A stretch of 64,000 bases of DNA from Octopus bimaculoides (taxonomy: Eukaryota). The notes under the pieces were generated by a model. That model was not told the DNA's origin and made no database searches. It saw only the letters and a program-made list of their open reading frames with translations. Made by a program: the position numbers and the translations under genes. The stretch lies in the NCBI RefSeq assembly GCF_001194135.2, contig NC_068992.1:19740581-19804580 (forward strand), given 5' to 3'. Shown here piece by piece: positions 25,095 to 36,751 of the stretch (the stretch's first letter is position 1; each line of letters opens with the position of its first letter).

Positions 25095-25430
25095 CTTGTT
25101 GTTAGGCAGCAAGGTAGTTGTACAGAAGCAAGTTTGCTTGATAATAGCATGGCTCCATTGCGTGACTCCTGGAGTAAGTTTCTCCTATTATTACTGCGGG
25201 CCGTCCAAATCCCCGTGCGTGGATTTCTTAGACGAAAACTGTGTATGTGTGCGATTTGTGTTTCTCGCCCTTCCCACTGCTTGCTGGTAGTTTGTTTACG
25301 TCCCTGCAACGTAACGGTTCGGCAAAAGGTACTGTTAGAATAAGTACCAGTCTAGTGTTGACTTCTTTGACTATAGTTTTCAAATCAGTTCTACTGCATA
25401 AAGTCGGACCAATGGTTGAAACAAACTAAA
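25095..25430 (+). mobile_element. Degenerate family C SINE
   Basis: gggccgtccaaatccccgtgcgtggattt, gtttacgtccctgcaacgtaacggttcggcaaaag, agaataagtaccag. Confidence 0.75.
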
Positions 25431-25493
25431 CATAATATACTATACGATGAACCAATGTGTGTGTGTGTGCGTGTGTGTGTGTATGTGTGTGTG

Positions 25494-25526
<33 letters not shown>

Positions 25527-26049
25527 TGGTACATCCTAGAAAATTGTTGGCTGCTATGTTGTACATAACATAATTGACAAAAACAGATTTCAATTCCGTT
25601 TTTTTAATGATGTTGTACAATGAGAAATGAGAATACAACATGTCAGATACATGCAGTTCTCATACGAAATAGCTTTCAACATCACTTCGTTTAATAACAT
25701 ATTTTTGAGAGTAGTAAAAAGAGGAGTTAAGAAGAACTCTTAATAATTTTAGGATATTCAAACAACTTCCAAACTCGTTTGAAGCATTTCAAACAAATTC
25801 TATTAATGCTTAGGATATTGCTTTATATTCAGTTTATTGACTGTCACAGTATTTTATCACGCGTTGCGTTCATCCGTGCATTACAATACAATACCACTAC
25901 AAAAGGAAATGCGTTTCACGAGTACGTATTTTAGTTCTTCATTTCGTAACACCTTTCAAAACATTAATTTATACATGCTTACATCCAAATATCCATTTGC
26001 TCTATCACTCACAAATACACACACACACACACACATGTAGGTATTTTTT

Positions 26050-26597
26050 TCTATTACTTTTGTAGTCATTTGACTGTGGCCATGTCGTGGGACTGCTTTG
26101 AAGAATTTTAGTAGAGCGAATCTGCACCATTACTTAGTTTTGTTGTTTGAGCTTCGTACTTATTCTATCGGTGTTTTGTACCGCATTTCTAGGTTACGTA
26201 GGTGTAAACAAATGAATGCCGGTTGTCAAGTTGTGGCGGAGGTCTAACACAGATACAAACACACATATATATGTAAATATATATATATATATATATATAN
26301 NNNNNNNNNNNNNNNNNNNNNNNNNNNNNNNNNNNNNNNNNNNNNNNNNNNNNNNNNNNNNNNNNNNNNNNNNNNNNNNNNNNNNNNNNNNNNNNNNNNN
26401 NNNNNNNNNNNNNNNNNNNNNNNNNNNNNNNNNNNNNNNNNNNNNNNNNNNNNNNNNNNNNNNNNNNNNNNNNNNNNNNNNNNNNNNNNNNNNNNNNNNN
26501 NNNNNNNNNNNNTACGTCACCAAGGTATCACGCAGTAGGATTGAACTCGCAACCTTGTGGCTGAGAAACAAAGTCTTTACCACATAACGATGTTCCT
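26050..26597 (-). mobile_element. Family C SINE spanning an N-gap at its internal (TA)n
   Basis: Tail gtcatttgactgtggccatg, gtacttattctatcggt, ccggttgtcaag; head ccaaggtatcacgcagtaggattgaactc...accacata. Confidence 0.85.
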
Positions 26598-28564
26598 TTT
26601 AAAATCAAGTTATAAAAAAATATGTTAACCTGGAGAATTACTCAACAGGTTATGTAAAACACATGTTTATCGTACTTCTACAAGATGAATAGTGACAATG
26701 ATTTCAAAGAGTAGCGGACCAAAACGTCTAAGTCACTGTGACATCGTTTTTGTAAAAGTATTTTGCGCACGCGCGCACCCCCCACACACCCACACACACA
26801 CACACATACACACGCACACACACTCACACACTCACTCGCACACACATGATGATGTTCCTCGGAATGTTGAAGACTTTAGCTTCAGATGATTGTCTTAGAG
26901 AAAAAACAATTATCTGTCTACAATTTTTTTTTTGTGTGTTTGTAAAAACAACACACCAGGCATGATTCGCTCACTTAGTGGGTGATACCGTCAAGGTAAT
27001 ATGAAACTAGGCCGGAACTCTTTTTCCTGTTTATGGAAAACAAGAAACAATGCAGTTGCTGGTGTGTGTTGAGGCTTACATAACTGGAATCAATTTAGCG
27101 CAAGCAGACAATGCAACATAGATCAATATATAGTTGTGTGTATTTGTTCTGAGCACATTCCTTCCGGAGTATAAGGTGAAAATATTGGTTGGGAGATTGA
27201 GTTTCAGAGAAAAATGTGCAATGTAGATTTTGTCTGTAAACGCATGGAGTTTTGTTCGTAATAACGTTACAGGACACGATGTTTTGGCACAGGTTTGTAG
27301 ATTGTCAGAATCTACATAGCCAACAACTGCGTATTTACTCAGCCTTTTTGACTTTCTCTGATCAAAAACTGCTGACGTTAATTATGGCTCACATTTGTCT
27401 TGGGTCGGTAAAATAAAATACCAGTTATTTCGTGCGGAATGAAATGATGGGAAAATAAACACATTTCATACCAGTTCATATATGTTTGAGATATATTTGT
27501 ACCTACACATGCTTTTTCCCTGCACTGTGCAGTGGAGAAAAAAAAAAAATCTCGCTCATCATAAATATCTAAAGCTTTTCAACACTTTTTTGTCACTAGC
27601 GAGCAATGTTTTCTTCGTGTCAAGCTGATAAAACTTCAGTTGAAAGGCTTTAGAGGTTCATATATATATGTATNNNNNNNNNNNNNNNNNNNNNNNNNNN
27701 NNNNNNNNNNNNNNNNNNNNNNNNNNNNNNNNNNNNNNNNNNNNNNNNNNNNNNNNNNNNNNNNNNNNNNNNNNNNNNNNNNNNNNNNNNNNNNNNNNNN
27801 NNNNNNNNNNNNNNNNNNNNNNNNNNNNNNNNNNNNNNNNNNNNNNNNNNNNNNNNNNNNNNNNNNNNNNNNNNNNNNNNNNNNNNNNNNNNNNNNNNNN
27901 NNNNNNNNNNNNNNNNNNNNNNNNNNNNNNNNNNNNNNNNNNNNNNNNNNNNNNNNNNNNNNNNNNNNNNNNNNNNNNNNNNNNNNNNNNNNNNNNNNNN
28001 NNNNNNNNNNNNNNNNNNNNNNNNNNNNNNNNNNNNNNNNNNNNNNNNNNNNNNNNNNNNNNNNNNNNNNNNNNNNNNNNNNNNNNNNNNNNNNNNNNNN
28101 NNNNNNNNNNNNNNNNNNNNNNNNNNNNNNNNNNNNNNNNNNNNNNNNNNNNNNNNNNNNNNNNNNNCACCACCACCACCACCGCCACCACCGTCACCAC
28201 CACAACCACCACTACTATCGCCACTAGTCCATCCAAGAGATTAATAACATTTCAATATGTTACCGTCACATACGTTTGAAACATGAGCGTTGAGCGGATG
28301 TACCTGCTTGACATGCCAACCAACCATAGAGAAGAGGAAGTTGAACAGCGTCTCTACCGTGATAAAAACCTAGATTGTAGGCTTTAGAATAATATTTGGG
28401 CAATTGCAAATAATACTTGGAAACATTCTGAAAATAAAATTAAAAAGACTGAAAGAGGATAAATAACATCGAAGTGAATTAAATAAAAACAAAGACGTGC
28501 TTTTATCACTGAGTTTTCCACAAACAGTGGAGCAATAAATACTATCATTATTTACTCGTGTGAC

Positions 28565-28725
28565 TTCTATATCTCGAGTTCAAACAGTAGCCATGTTTAA
28601 CGATGTCTTTTATCTCTTCAGGGGTCACGGATGTAAGTATCACTAATATATTTGTCGATTAAAATGCCTCGTTTACACCTCTACAAATTTCAGGTCTTTC
28701 TATCTGTAGAAGAAATCTTTTATTT
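28565..28725 (+). mobile_element. Degenerate SINE family B
   Basis: gagttcaaac, cttttatctcttcaggggtc, aaatttcaggtcttt tail. Confidence 0.55.
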
Positions 28726-28780
28726 TTATTAGATGATAGAAGTAACTAATGGTATGAAACAGCTATGTATGCACACACGC

Positions 28781-28842
<62 letters not shown>

Positions 28843-29300
28843 NNNNNNNNNNNNNNNNNNNNNNNNNNNNNNNNNNNNNNNNNNNNNNNNNNNNNNNNNN
28901 NNNNNNNNNNNNNNNNNNNNNNNNNNNNNNNNNNNNNNNNNNNNNNNNNNNNNNNNNNNNNNNNNNNNNNNNNNNNNNNNNNNNNNNNNNNNNNNNNNNN
29001 NNNNNNNNNNNNNNNNNNNNNNNNNNNNNNNNNNNNNNNNNNNNNNNNNNNNNNNNNNNNNNNNNNNNNNNNNNNNNNNNNNNNNNNNNNNNNNNNNNNN
29101 NNNNNNNNNNNNNNNNNNNNNNNNNNNNNNNNNNNNNNNNNNNNNNNNNNNNNNNNNNNNNNNNNNNNNNNNNNNNNNNNNNNNNNNNNNNNNNNNNNNN
29201 NNNNNNNNNNNNNNNNNNNNNNNNNNNNNNNNNNNNNNNNNNNNNNNNNNNNNNNNNNNNNNNNNNNNNNNNNNNNNNNNNNNNNNNNNNNNNNNNNNNN

Positions 29301-29344
<44 letters not shown>

Positions 29345-29678
29345 CATAAAGAAATCAGTTAAAAAAATTCCAAAATAAAATAAAATACCATTGTGTGCTG
29401 TAAAAAGAATTGTTTCGAACTTTCAAACACCAAAACTTCCAAAATCCCATCATCTCACGGCACATGGACTTATTTCATCTTATGAGATATTATTCGTCGC
29501 TTGAGAGGCTTTGTCGGCCTCTTTTTCTGTGAACCATTACTCGTAATAACGGCTGCAAATTCTCTTCGAGCATTTGATTGTTCGCTTTTTGTTTGTTTCG
29601 TTCACATTTTATTACAAGCATCTGGTTTTTAGTGAAGTTTTACATATGTTGATGCTGTGTGAAATAGAGCTCTATAAG

Positions 29679-29800
29679 CGCAGACGTGACTGCATGGTAA
29701 GAAGCTTGCCTCCAAACCACATGGTTTCGGGTTCAGTTACATTGCATGGTACATAGAGCAAGTGACTTCTACTAAAGCTTCGGGCCGACCGATGCCTTGG
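29679..29800 (+). mobile_element. Family C SINE head
   Basis: gcagacgtgactgcatggtaagaagcttgcctccaaaccacatggtttcgggttcagt...cgggccgaccgatgccttg. Confidence 0.85.
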
Positions 29801-29811
29801 TTAAAAAGCAA

Positions 29812-30020
29812 CAAGCTGGATGAATCGTTAGCACGCCGGACAAAATGCTTAGCGGCATTACGTCCGTCTTCAATTTCTGACTTCGAATGCTACCGAGGTC
29901 AACTTTCCCTTTCATCCTTTTCGGGCTCATAAAATAGGTGCCACTTGAATAATGGAGTCAATGTAATCGATTAGGCCCCTCCTTTAGAATTTCCGGTCTT
30001 GCGTTTATAATAGAAAGTAT
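29812..30020 (+). mobile_element. SINE family B (tail type 1)
   Basis: gaatcgttagcacgccggacaaaatgcttagcggcatt...gaggtcaactttccctttcatccttttcggg...aatttccggtcttgcgtttataatagaaagtat. Confidence 0.88.
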
Positions 30021-30250
30021 TGTTGGCACTCCGTTGCTTACGACGTCGAGGGTTCCGGTTGATCCGATCAACGGAACAGCCTGCTCGTGAAATTAACATG
30101 CAAGTGGCTGAGCACTCCACTGGCACGTGTACCCTTAACGTAGTTCTCGGGGGATATTCAGCGTGAAACAGAGTGACAAGGCTGACCCTTTGAAATACAG
30201 GTACAACAGAAACAGGAAATAAGAGTGAGAGAATGTTGTGGTGTAAAAAG
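30021..30250 (-). mobile_element. SINE family A, 5'-truncated, inserted tail-to-tail at the end of a family B copy
   Basis: Highly similar to 1751-1980 and 32141-32370. Confidence 0.92.
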
Positions 30251-30547
30251 TCGAAAGGGTTAAATATATAAAGGTGACAATATTAGGATTATGGAGAACC
30301 CAATAAAATAAATGTAAAAACCTTGGTTTTTGCTGTCGTAGATCTTAAGTCCGAATATAAATCAGGAAATGATTCTCTTATTGATTTTACGATATCAAAC
30401 TACTTGTTTCTTATTCAAGGTGATATGAGTATTATAAATGTCTTTCGAAATAAAATCTGGTATGCTGGAATGATAGGATTTGAAAGCTGCATAATCATTT
30501 AACAGGTCTTAGAGTCCTAAATTGACGGTATTGAAATGTCTTTGATC

Positions 30548-30600
30548 CGTAGCTTAGCTGTGACGCAGTGGAGTTCTGTGGGTCGATCCTACCCCGGGGA
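30548..30600 (+). other. tRNA-like Pol III head (possible further SINE family or tRNA pseudogene)
   Basis: gtagcttagctg (A-box-like) ... gtgggtcgatcctaccccgggg (B-box-like); no complete cloverleaf recognisable. Confidence 0.3.
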
Positions 30601-30820
30601 CGCTATTACGGAGGCACTTTTAGGTCTGCCGCGTAAGCCTGTATTAGCAGTAGGACATCGAAATAATGAATTTCCTGTTTCTTGCTACAGTCAATATTTA
30701 GTCCTTCCTTGCGATGTTCATGAATAGATTCTATTTCTTATTTCTTTCAAAAACAATAACATACTTTCGTTTCGTTTGGAACCATCTATTTTGTGATATT
30801 TTTATTATAAAAGGTTGCGT

Positions 30821-31030
30821 AATGGCAGAAACGTCAGCACGCCGACCGAAATGGTTAGCGGTACTTCGTTTGCCACTACGTTCTAAGTTCAAATTCCGCC
30901 GAGGTCGACTTTGCCTTTCATCCTTTCGTGGTCGATAAATTAAGTACCAATTGAGTACTGGGGTTGATCTAATCGACTGGCCCCCTCCCATAAAATTTCC
31001 GGCCTAGTGCCTAGAGTAGAAAAGGATATT
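30821..31030 (+). mobile_element. SINE family B (tail type 1)
   Basis: tggcagaaacgtcagcacgccg...aagttcaaattccgccgaggtcgactttgcctttcatcctttcgtggtcgataaattaagtacc...aaatttccggcctagtgcctagagtagaaaagg. Confidence 0.92.
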
Positions 31031-32052
31031 TTTATTCTAAAACATATTCACTGCTAACGTTAAAAGTTAACTTATTTTGGAATTAAGATATCACTTTTTT
31101 ACACAGTTATTTATTGTCTGAATGAACTTTCTCATGCGTTCAGCAAATAAATAACTAATTAATTTTCTGTATTTCAGAGGAGACTAAAGCAAATTATATC
31201 CTCCTGAATTTCTGGTCCAGTAACGGAAAGTTAATTCAATTATGGTTAGTGCCACGTCCTCTCAGAAGTACTAACCACATCTTCTTCAAGTCAACCTCTC
31301 CTCTCTTAAAAGATGAAAGGGAGAATGTAGTCCCAGATAAATACCGCTTGGAAATAAAACTAAAACAACCTGACTCTTGCCAATAGGCAGATAGCATCAC
31401 TGCAGAGTAAAGGGGGAGGGAGGGATAGGATTAGGGAGTGATGGAGGGAGGGACGAAGAGAGAGAGGGAGAGAGATGGAGAGAATAGGATTGAGATATTA
31501 ATGTGTCTTGAGTGAAAGTGTGAAAAGCAGTTATGGAGTGAAGTCAAACAAGTCAGCAACAGAGAGAGAGGGAGAGAACGAGGGAAGAGAAAGAGACAGA
31601 GAAAGGGGGAAGAGAGAGAAAGAGAGAGTGCTGGAGGAGGAGGTATGAGAAGAGTATTTATAAGATCGAAAAGCTAATATTATGTGAAAATATGCAACTG
31701 ACGAAGAATAAGTTCCCGAGAAAGAGATGACAGGTGGAAAGAATAAGAGATAAGCAGAGTGTAGCACACAGCGATAGAACTGTGTTAAGACAGTGTGAAG
31801 GAGAGAATGATTGACATATATTGAATATACTTAGGAATAAAGACATTAGCATACAAACAGACACAAATGCGTGTATTTATTCAGAGATGTAGAGACGTGT
31901 GAGAGAGATCAAGAAAGAATTACAGGAAAAGGAAGAAGCGAGAGTCGTAATGAGATTGCACATTTGCCAGATTTACTAAACTCCGTAGGTCTTTCATATT
32001 TTTCTTTCTCTCATCCCGTCAGTTTGTTTATTTGTCTGTCTGTCCTTCACTC

Positions 32053-32096
<44 letters not shown>

Positions 32097-32132
32097 CTGC
32101 GTCTGTGTAGCCGTTTGCATACGTGCAGTCAT

Positions 32133-32525
32133 TTTGTTGTTGTTGTTGGCACTCCGTCGCTTACGACGTCGAGGGTTCCAGTCGATCCGCTCAATGGAAC
32201 AGCCTGTTCGTGAAATTAACGTGCAAGTGGCTGAGCACTCCACAGACACGTGTACCCTTAACGTAGTCCTCGGGGATATATAGCGTGACACAGTGTGACA
32301 AGGCTGGCCCTTTGAAATACAGGTACAACAGAAACAGGACGAAAGAGTGAGAGAAAGTTGTGGTGGAAGAGTACAGCAGGGTTCGCCACCATCCCCTGCC
32401 GGAGCCTCGTGGAGCTTTAGGTGTTTTCGCTCAATAACCACTCACAACGCCCGGTCTGGGAATCGAAACCGAGATCCTATGACCGCGAGTCCGCAACCCT
32501 AACCACTGGGCCATTGCGCCTCCAC
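32133..32525 (-). mobile_element. SINE family A, full length, (CAA)n tail
   Basis: Minus strand starts gtggaggcgcaatggcccagtggttaggg (A-box) ... ggtttcgattccc (B-box) and ends cgtaagcgacggagtgccaacaacaacaac. Confidence 0.95.
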
Positions 32526-32551
32526 AATAGAAAGGATTATTGATATCAATA

Positions 32552-32770
32552 AAAGCGGTGAGCAGACACAATAATTTGCATGTCGAACAAAATGCTTAGT
32601 GGCATTTTGACGGTCTTTAATGCTCTGAATTCACATACTGCCGGAGTCGACTATGCATTTTATATTTCATGGATCAATCAAAAAGCACCAGGTGAGCACT
32701 GGGGTCGATGTGATCAACCACCGCTCTCCCCTAAAATTTCAGGACTTGTGCTTATATTATAAGGAATTAT
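32552..32770 (+). mobile_element. SINE family B (tail type 1), diverged
   Basis: aaaatgcttagtggcatttt, gagcactggggtcgatgtgatc, aaatttcaggacttgtgc. Confidence 0.82.
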
Positions 32771-32891
32771 AAAGTAGTTAACGCCTCTTAGTATTCACGA
32801 AATTTCGAAATTGATCACACGATGTGATATTTTGTGTAAGTGTTTTTTAGTAGAGCTCAGGTCGAGCTGCAAATTCCAGGATCATACGTGA

Positions 32892-32925
<34 letters not shown>

Positions 32926-32989
32926 AGAGAGAGAGAGAGAGAGAGAGAGATTACCATTCCGAAATATAGCTATGTATATGTTGTTATAT

Positions 32990-33188
32990 TTTGGGATTGT
33001 CATTTCTGTTTTGCCAAATAAACACACACTCTATATATCCATCTTATCACTCGTGTATTACTGTTCTTATTGTAACTGATGTCCAATGTCCGGAGATCTA
33101 TCGCCACACATCTGTGACCTCTTCAGCGACATTTCCACCCTCCTGTATCTTCCTGCTCCGCTTAGTCCATTCTTACAAATTCATAAAA

Positions 33189-33190
<2 letters not shown>
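32990..33190 (-). mobile_element. Probable Penelope-like remnant between TA/GA microsatellites
   Basis: Contains the hammerhead motif at 33085-33133; boundaries are set only by the flanking microsatellites. Confidence 0.55.
33085..33133 (-). ncRNA. Minimal type I hammerhead ribozyme-like motif (one core deviation)
   Basis: Minus strand: aatgtcg-CTGAAGA-g-gtcaca gatg tgtggc-GATA-gatc-TC-cggacatt. Stem I is 7 bp with a 1-nt bulge, stem II is 6 bp, stem III is palindromic AGAUCU, and there is a UC cleavage site; GAAA reads GAUA. Confidence 0.7.
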
Positions 33191-33260
<70 letters not shown>

Positions 33261-33489
33261 TTGCGTGTGTATGTATGTGTGTATGTGCATGTATGTATGA
33301 GTGTATTCATGTAAGATCCTGGAATTATGTATGTGTACGATACATATAAACAAACAGACGAGGGAAAAATAATTAAATATATGTACTTCAGTTAATTTAT
33401 CGGATGTTGAAGCTTCCGTACGTTGGGACCATTAGTTTCGTTTTCCATTTCTGGAGAAGAAACTGAACTTGGAATAAATTCTTTCGACA

Positions 33490-33710
33490 ACAGGTAAAAG
33501 GCCGAAAAGATTTGGAGGATAAGGCTTATCGATTACATCGATTCAGGTACTTATTGACTGATACTGAATTATTGGACCACTGAACCACGAAAGGATGAAA
33601 GGCGAAGTCGACCTCAACGGAATTTGAACTCAGAACATAAAACCGGAAGAAATGCTGCCAAGGATTTTGTCCGGCTAACGATTCTGTCAGCTCGTCGCCT
33701 ATACTTAGAA
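33490..33710 (-). mobile_element. SINE family B
   Basis: acgaaaggatgaaaggcgaagtcgacctcaacggaatttgaactcagaac...ctaacgattctgtcagctcgtcgcc. Confidence 0.88.
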
Positions 33711-33728
33711 TAAATTGATGTGTTTGTG

Positions 33729-33761
<33 letters not shown>

Positions 33762-35099
33762 TTTGGAACTAATTATTAGCTTGATCATAAGCAAAGTAGC
33801 CGTTCGCAAAATTTGAACGCAAATGTTTTAGCAAATGATGCCATGACGCTCGAAATCTACCGTTTTTATGCCAGTATACACACATTCTTAAAGATAGTCA
33901 AAACACGCTAACCAAAATCTTAAAGACATAACACGCCATCTTAGAACGTAAAGACATAAACGAATAAAGTTAATGGTGTAACATATCTCTTTATAAACGA
34001 AATAGATTAGATTAGAAATTTCATTTATCACGGCCGTACAACACGTTCTCCTGACATAACTGGTTAAATCAATCACCGGTAATCGTCGATTCTTGATAGA
34101 CGTGAACAACATTAGAACTATCGAGAAAAGTGTTTGATAACTATCAATAATAGATCGAAAAATATTTCCTTATAACAACCCTGAAGCAAAATGGTGTATT
34201 GATAGCTAACAACGTTGATTTTATTGTGGAGAGAGCAGAGCTGGATATGATCTAGATGCTTTCCTTTCTAACTAGGAATATTAGTTTAACAAATACATAG
34301 TTTATCAAATATATCTAATCTATTCAGATCTCTCCCCCACGCACACGCCTCCAGACGATTCCCACCACCAGCTTATGTCTCTAATCATTAATATTTCCAC
34401 TGTATATTTATTCAGTTATCGACAGTTATGATATCGTATGAATAATTCCGAGATGTCTTGATATGATTACTCTAGTGCAACTTATGAAATGATAGTATGC
34501 GTGCGTGTGTGTGCGTGCGCGTGCGCGTTTATACGTAAGTTGGAGGAGTCTTTCTATTTCCTTATTTCTCCGACATTTTGTTTCTTAGGCATTTTAAAAA
34601 TTATTAGGATAACAAGATATTGTTATATTTATTTTAATATCCCACTGAGAATTGCTTTAGATTAATGGTACTTAAGAATCACAGACAGACAGAATGCTGC
34701 CTCTATAAAGAAATATTTTCCTAAAATATGTGAAGAAAATAACTATTACTTACAAGTAGGAAAATCAGTGTTGTTTAGTTTTACGAACAAAGTATTTGAA
34801 TCTCAAAAGCCCAGTCCAGTTAGCAGTTAATTATATGTAACATTCTAGAAGAGTTGATGTTGCTGTATAGCCCCAGGTCAGTTTCTATCTTCCTCGCACC
34901 TTTTTGCATCAGTAGATACATGCACGTGTGTCTACTTGTATATTAATAACTGTACATCTACCTATATTTTATATGTGTCAGTCATTCTCTTTCACACTCT
35001 CTTAACTCATATAATCGTTTGCTGTGAACTGCCACGTTGCTTCTCTCCTGCCATTTGTTCAAGAAATAACAGGCGATGGCATTATTTAATGAAAGCTGA

Positions 35100-35320
35100 A
35101 GGCGGTGAGCTGGCAGAATCGTTAGCACGCTGGACGAAATGCTTAGCGGCATTTCGCCCGTCTCTACGTTCTGAGTTCAAATTCCGCCGAGGTCGACTTT
35201 GCGTTTCATCCTTTTCGGGGTCGATAAATTAGGTACCAGTGAAACGCTGGGGTCGATATAATTAACTAGTCCCCTTTCCCCAAATTTCAGGCCTTGCGCC
35301 TATAGTAGTAAAGATTATTT
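35100..35320 (+). mobile_element. SINE family B, best-preserved copy (tail type 1)
   Basis: ggcggtgagctggcagaatcgttagcacg...gagttcaaattccgccgaggtcgactttgcgtttcatccttttcggggtcgataaatt...aaatttcaggccttgcgcctatagtagtaaagattatt. Confidence 0.95.
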
Positions 35321-35733
35321 GATGCTAGCTTATTTAAAGAAAACGAAAAAGACAAGAGTATGATTTAATGACGATTTTACTGCATGTTTGAGAAAGCTGA
35401 GCATTTATTATAGAAATATGAATTATGAACGCAGGAAAAAGCATTTAAGAATACGTAATTAAAGAGCGGAATATGATTTCACTCTTCCATTATATATTTA
35501 CTATTTCAGAATATCTAATAATGTGGTCGTTTGTTGAACTTTAATACAATTGACTTTTTGACGAGAAAATTTATGTATTTGTGTATCTCCCAAGTTGAAA
35601 TATAATTATACCTAGCGAATCTCGTTTTGCTACCACTTGGTGGTTCTTTGCTGTTCATTCCCAATACGCGTCATCTTGGCCAGATTGTATTCTACTGCAG
35701 CCCCAGACCAACCAATGCCTTTTGAGTAAATTT

Positions 35734-36113
35734 GGCAAATATACTTCACGATGTCATGCAGCTAATGTTTATACTTCGTTCAGAGATTTATTATTGCTTG
35801 TTTACACTTTTTCGAGATCAGTGACTTTTCGTCACTGGAAAAAAAAGATATATATATTTATATTGGGAACCACTTCACATCGAGAGCCGGTGATTGTCAC
35901 ACGCTGATGACGGGTTTAGGAACCCGGGTCCGTGTGTATCACGCCTTTGCAAATACTGATAGGGCTCACAAAGTGTGTCAATAGCCAGTTGGAGGAGGTG
36001 TCTTCCTGGGGTTACATGCTACAGTAGCATCCACCCTTAAGGGCTAGCCACATTTAAGTGGCAAGTATACTTCACGATGTCGTGCAGCTAGTATTTATAC
36101 CTCGCTCAGAGAT
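35734..36113 (+). mobile_element. Penelope-like remnant: partial tail + tandem hammerhead relics + tail, inserted in a family C SINE head
   Basis: The tail occurs twice in direct orientation (35734-35799, 35984-36113) and is homologous to the 12.3 kb palindrome arm. HHR1 at 35898-35936: cacacg-CTGATGA-c-gggtt tagg aaccc-g[AAA missing]ggtc-cgtgtg. Weaker HHR2 near 35956-35990 (ctgatag...tcaca aag tgtgtc aata). Confidence 0.72.
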
Positions 36114-36670
36114 ATATATATAAGTGCTACTCAGTTGAATTTAATCCAAAACCACTTGGTTTCAAACCAAGTTTCTTAACGACATAGCCATTCCTGAATC
36201 AAGTATATTTTTATTCAGAGTAAAAAAAAAAAAGTCCTAGTCTTGTTCTGGGGTCAGTTCTTCTCTTTATGTTTGTGGACCAAATCGGTTGTAGTCAGAC
36301 CTAAAATAGTACAGAGTCTGCTGGGTTTAAAATACCCCAAACTTATTGTATGTTGTGACACCCCATCCCCACCTCTACCTTCGTCTATGATACATCACTA
36401 GTGCAGCGCCCAAGAAAAAACAGGCAAATTATTATATCAGACATTTGTACAATGTTTTATGGTCTTGATTTCAAGATCTACCGTCTCTCCGAGGAAAATT
36501 CTTGAAATATATCATTGTAATTTCCTGAGGTGAGTTTGATCGAAATTACGTATATTCTCAAACAAACAAACATACACACAAACTCATCTACATAGATTTT
36601 GGCCTGATACCAAATAAAACAACCATTTTGCTTTCACTTATTACTTATTTACTTATCTATTTACGTTTAC

Positions 36671-36672
<2 letters not shown>

Positions 36673-36750
<78 letters not shown>
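36673..36750. repeat. (ATT)n microsatellite
   Basis: Direct reading. Confidence 0.98.

Positions 36751-36751
<1 letters not shown>

Noticed and set aside
24798-25150. Apparent 350-bp insertion splitting one family C SINE with a cca(c/t)tgcg TSD
   Set aside because: The downstream part has its own degenerate head from about 25095, so two independent copies explain it.
28607-28638. Strong-looking acceptor and GTAAGT donor around an 11-nt micro-exon
   Set aside because: It lies within a decayed family B SINE, is not frame-preserving and has no other support.
32028-32441. 137-aa and 83-aa ORFs
   Set aside because: They lie within a family A SINE; the same peptides recur at 1.75-2.1, 30.0-30.2 and 48.7-48.9 kb.
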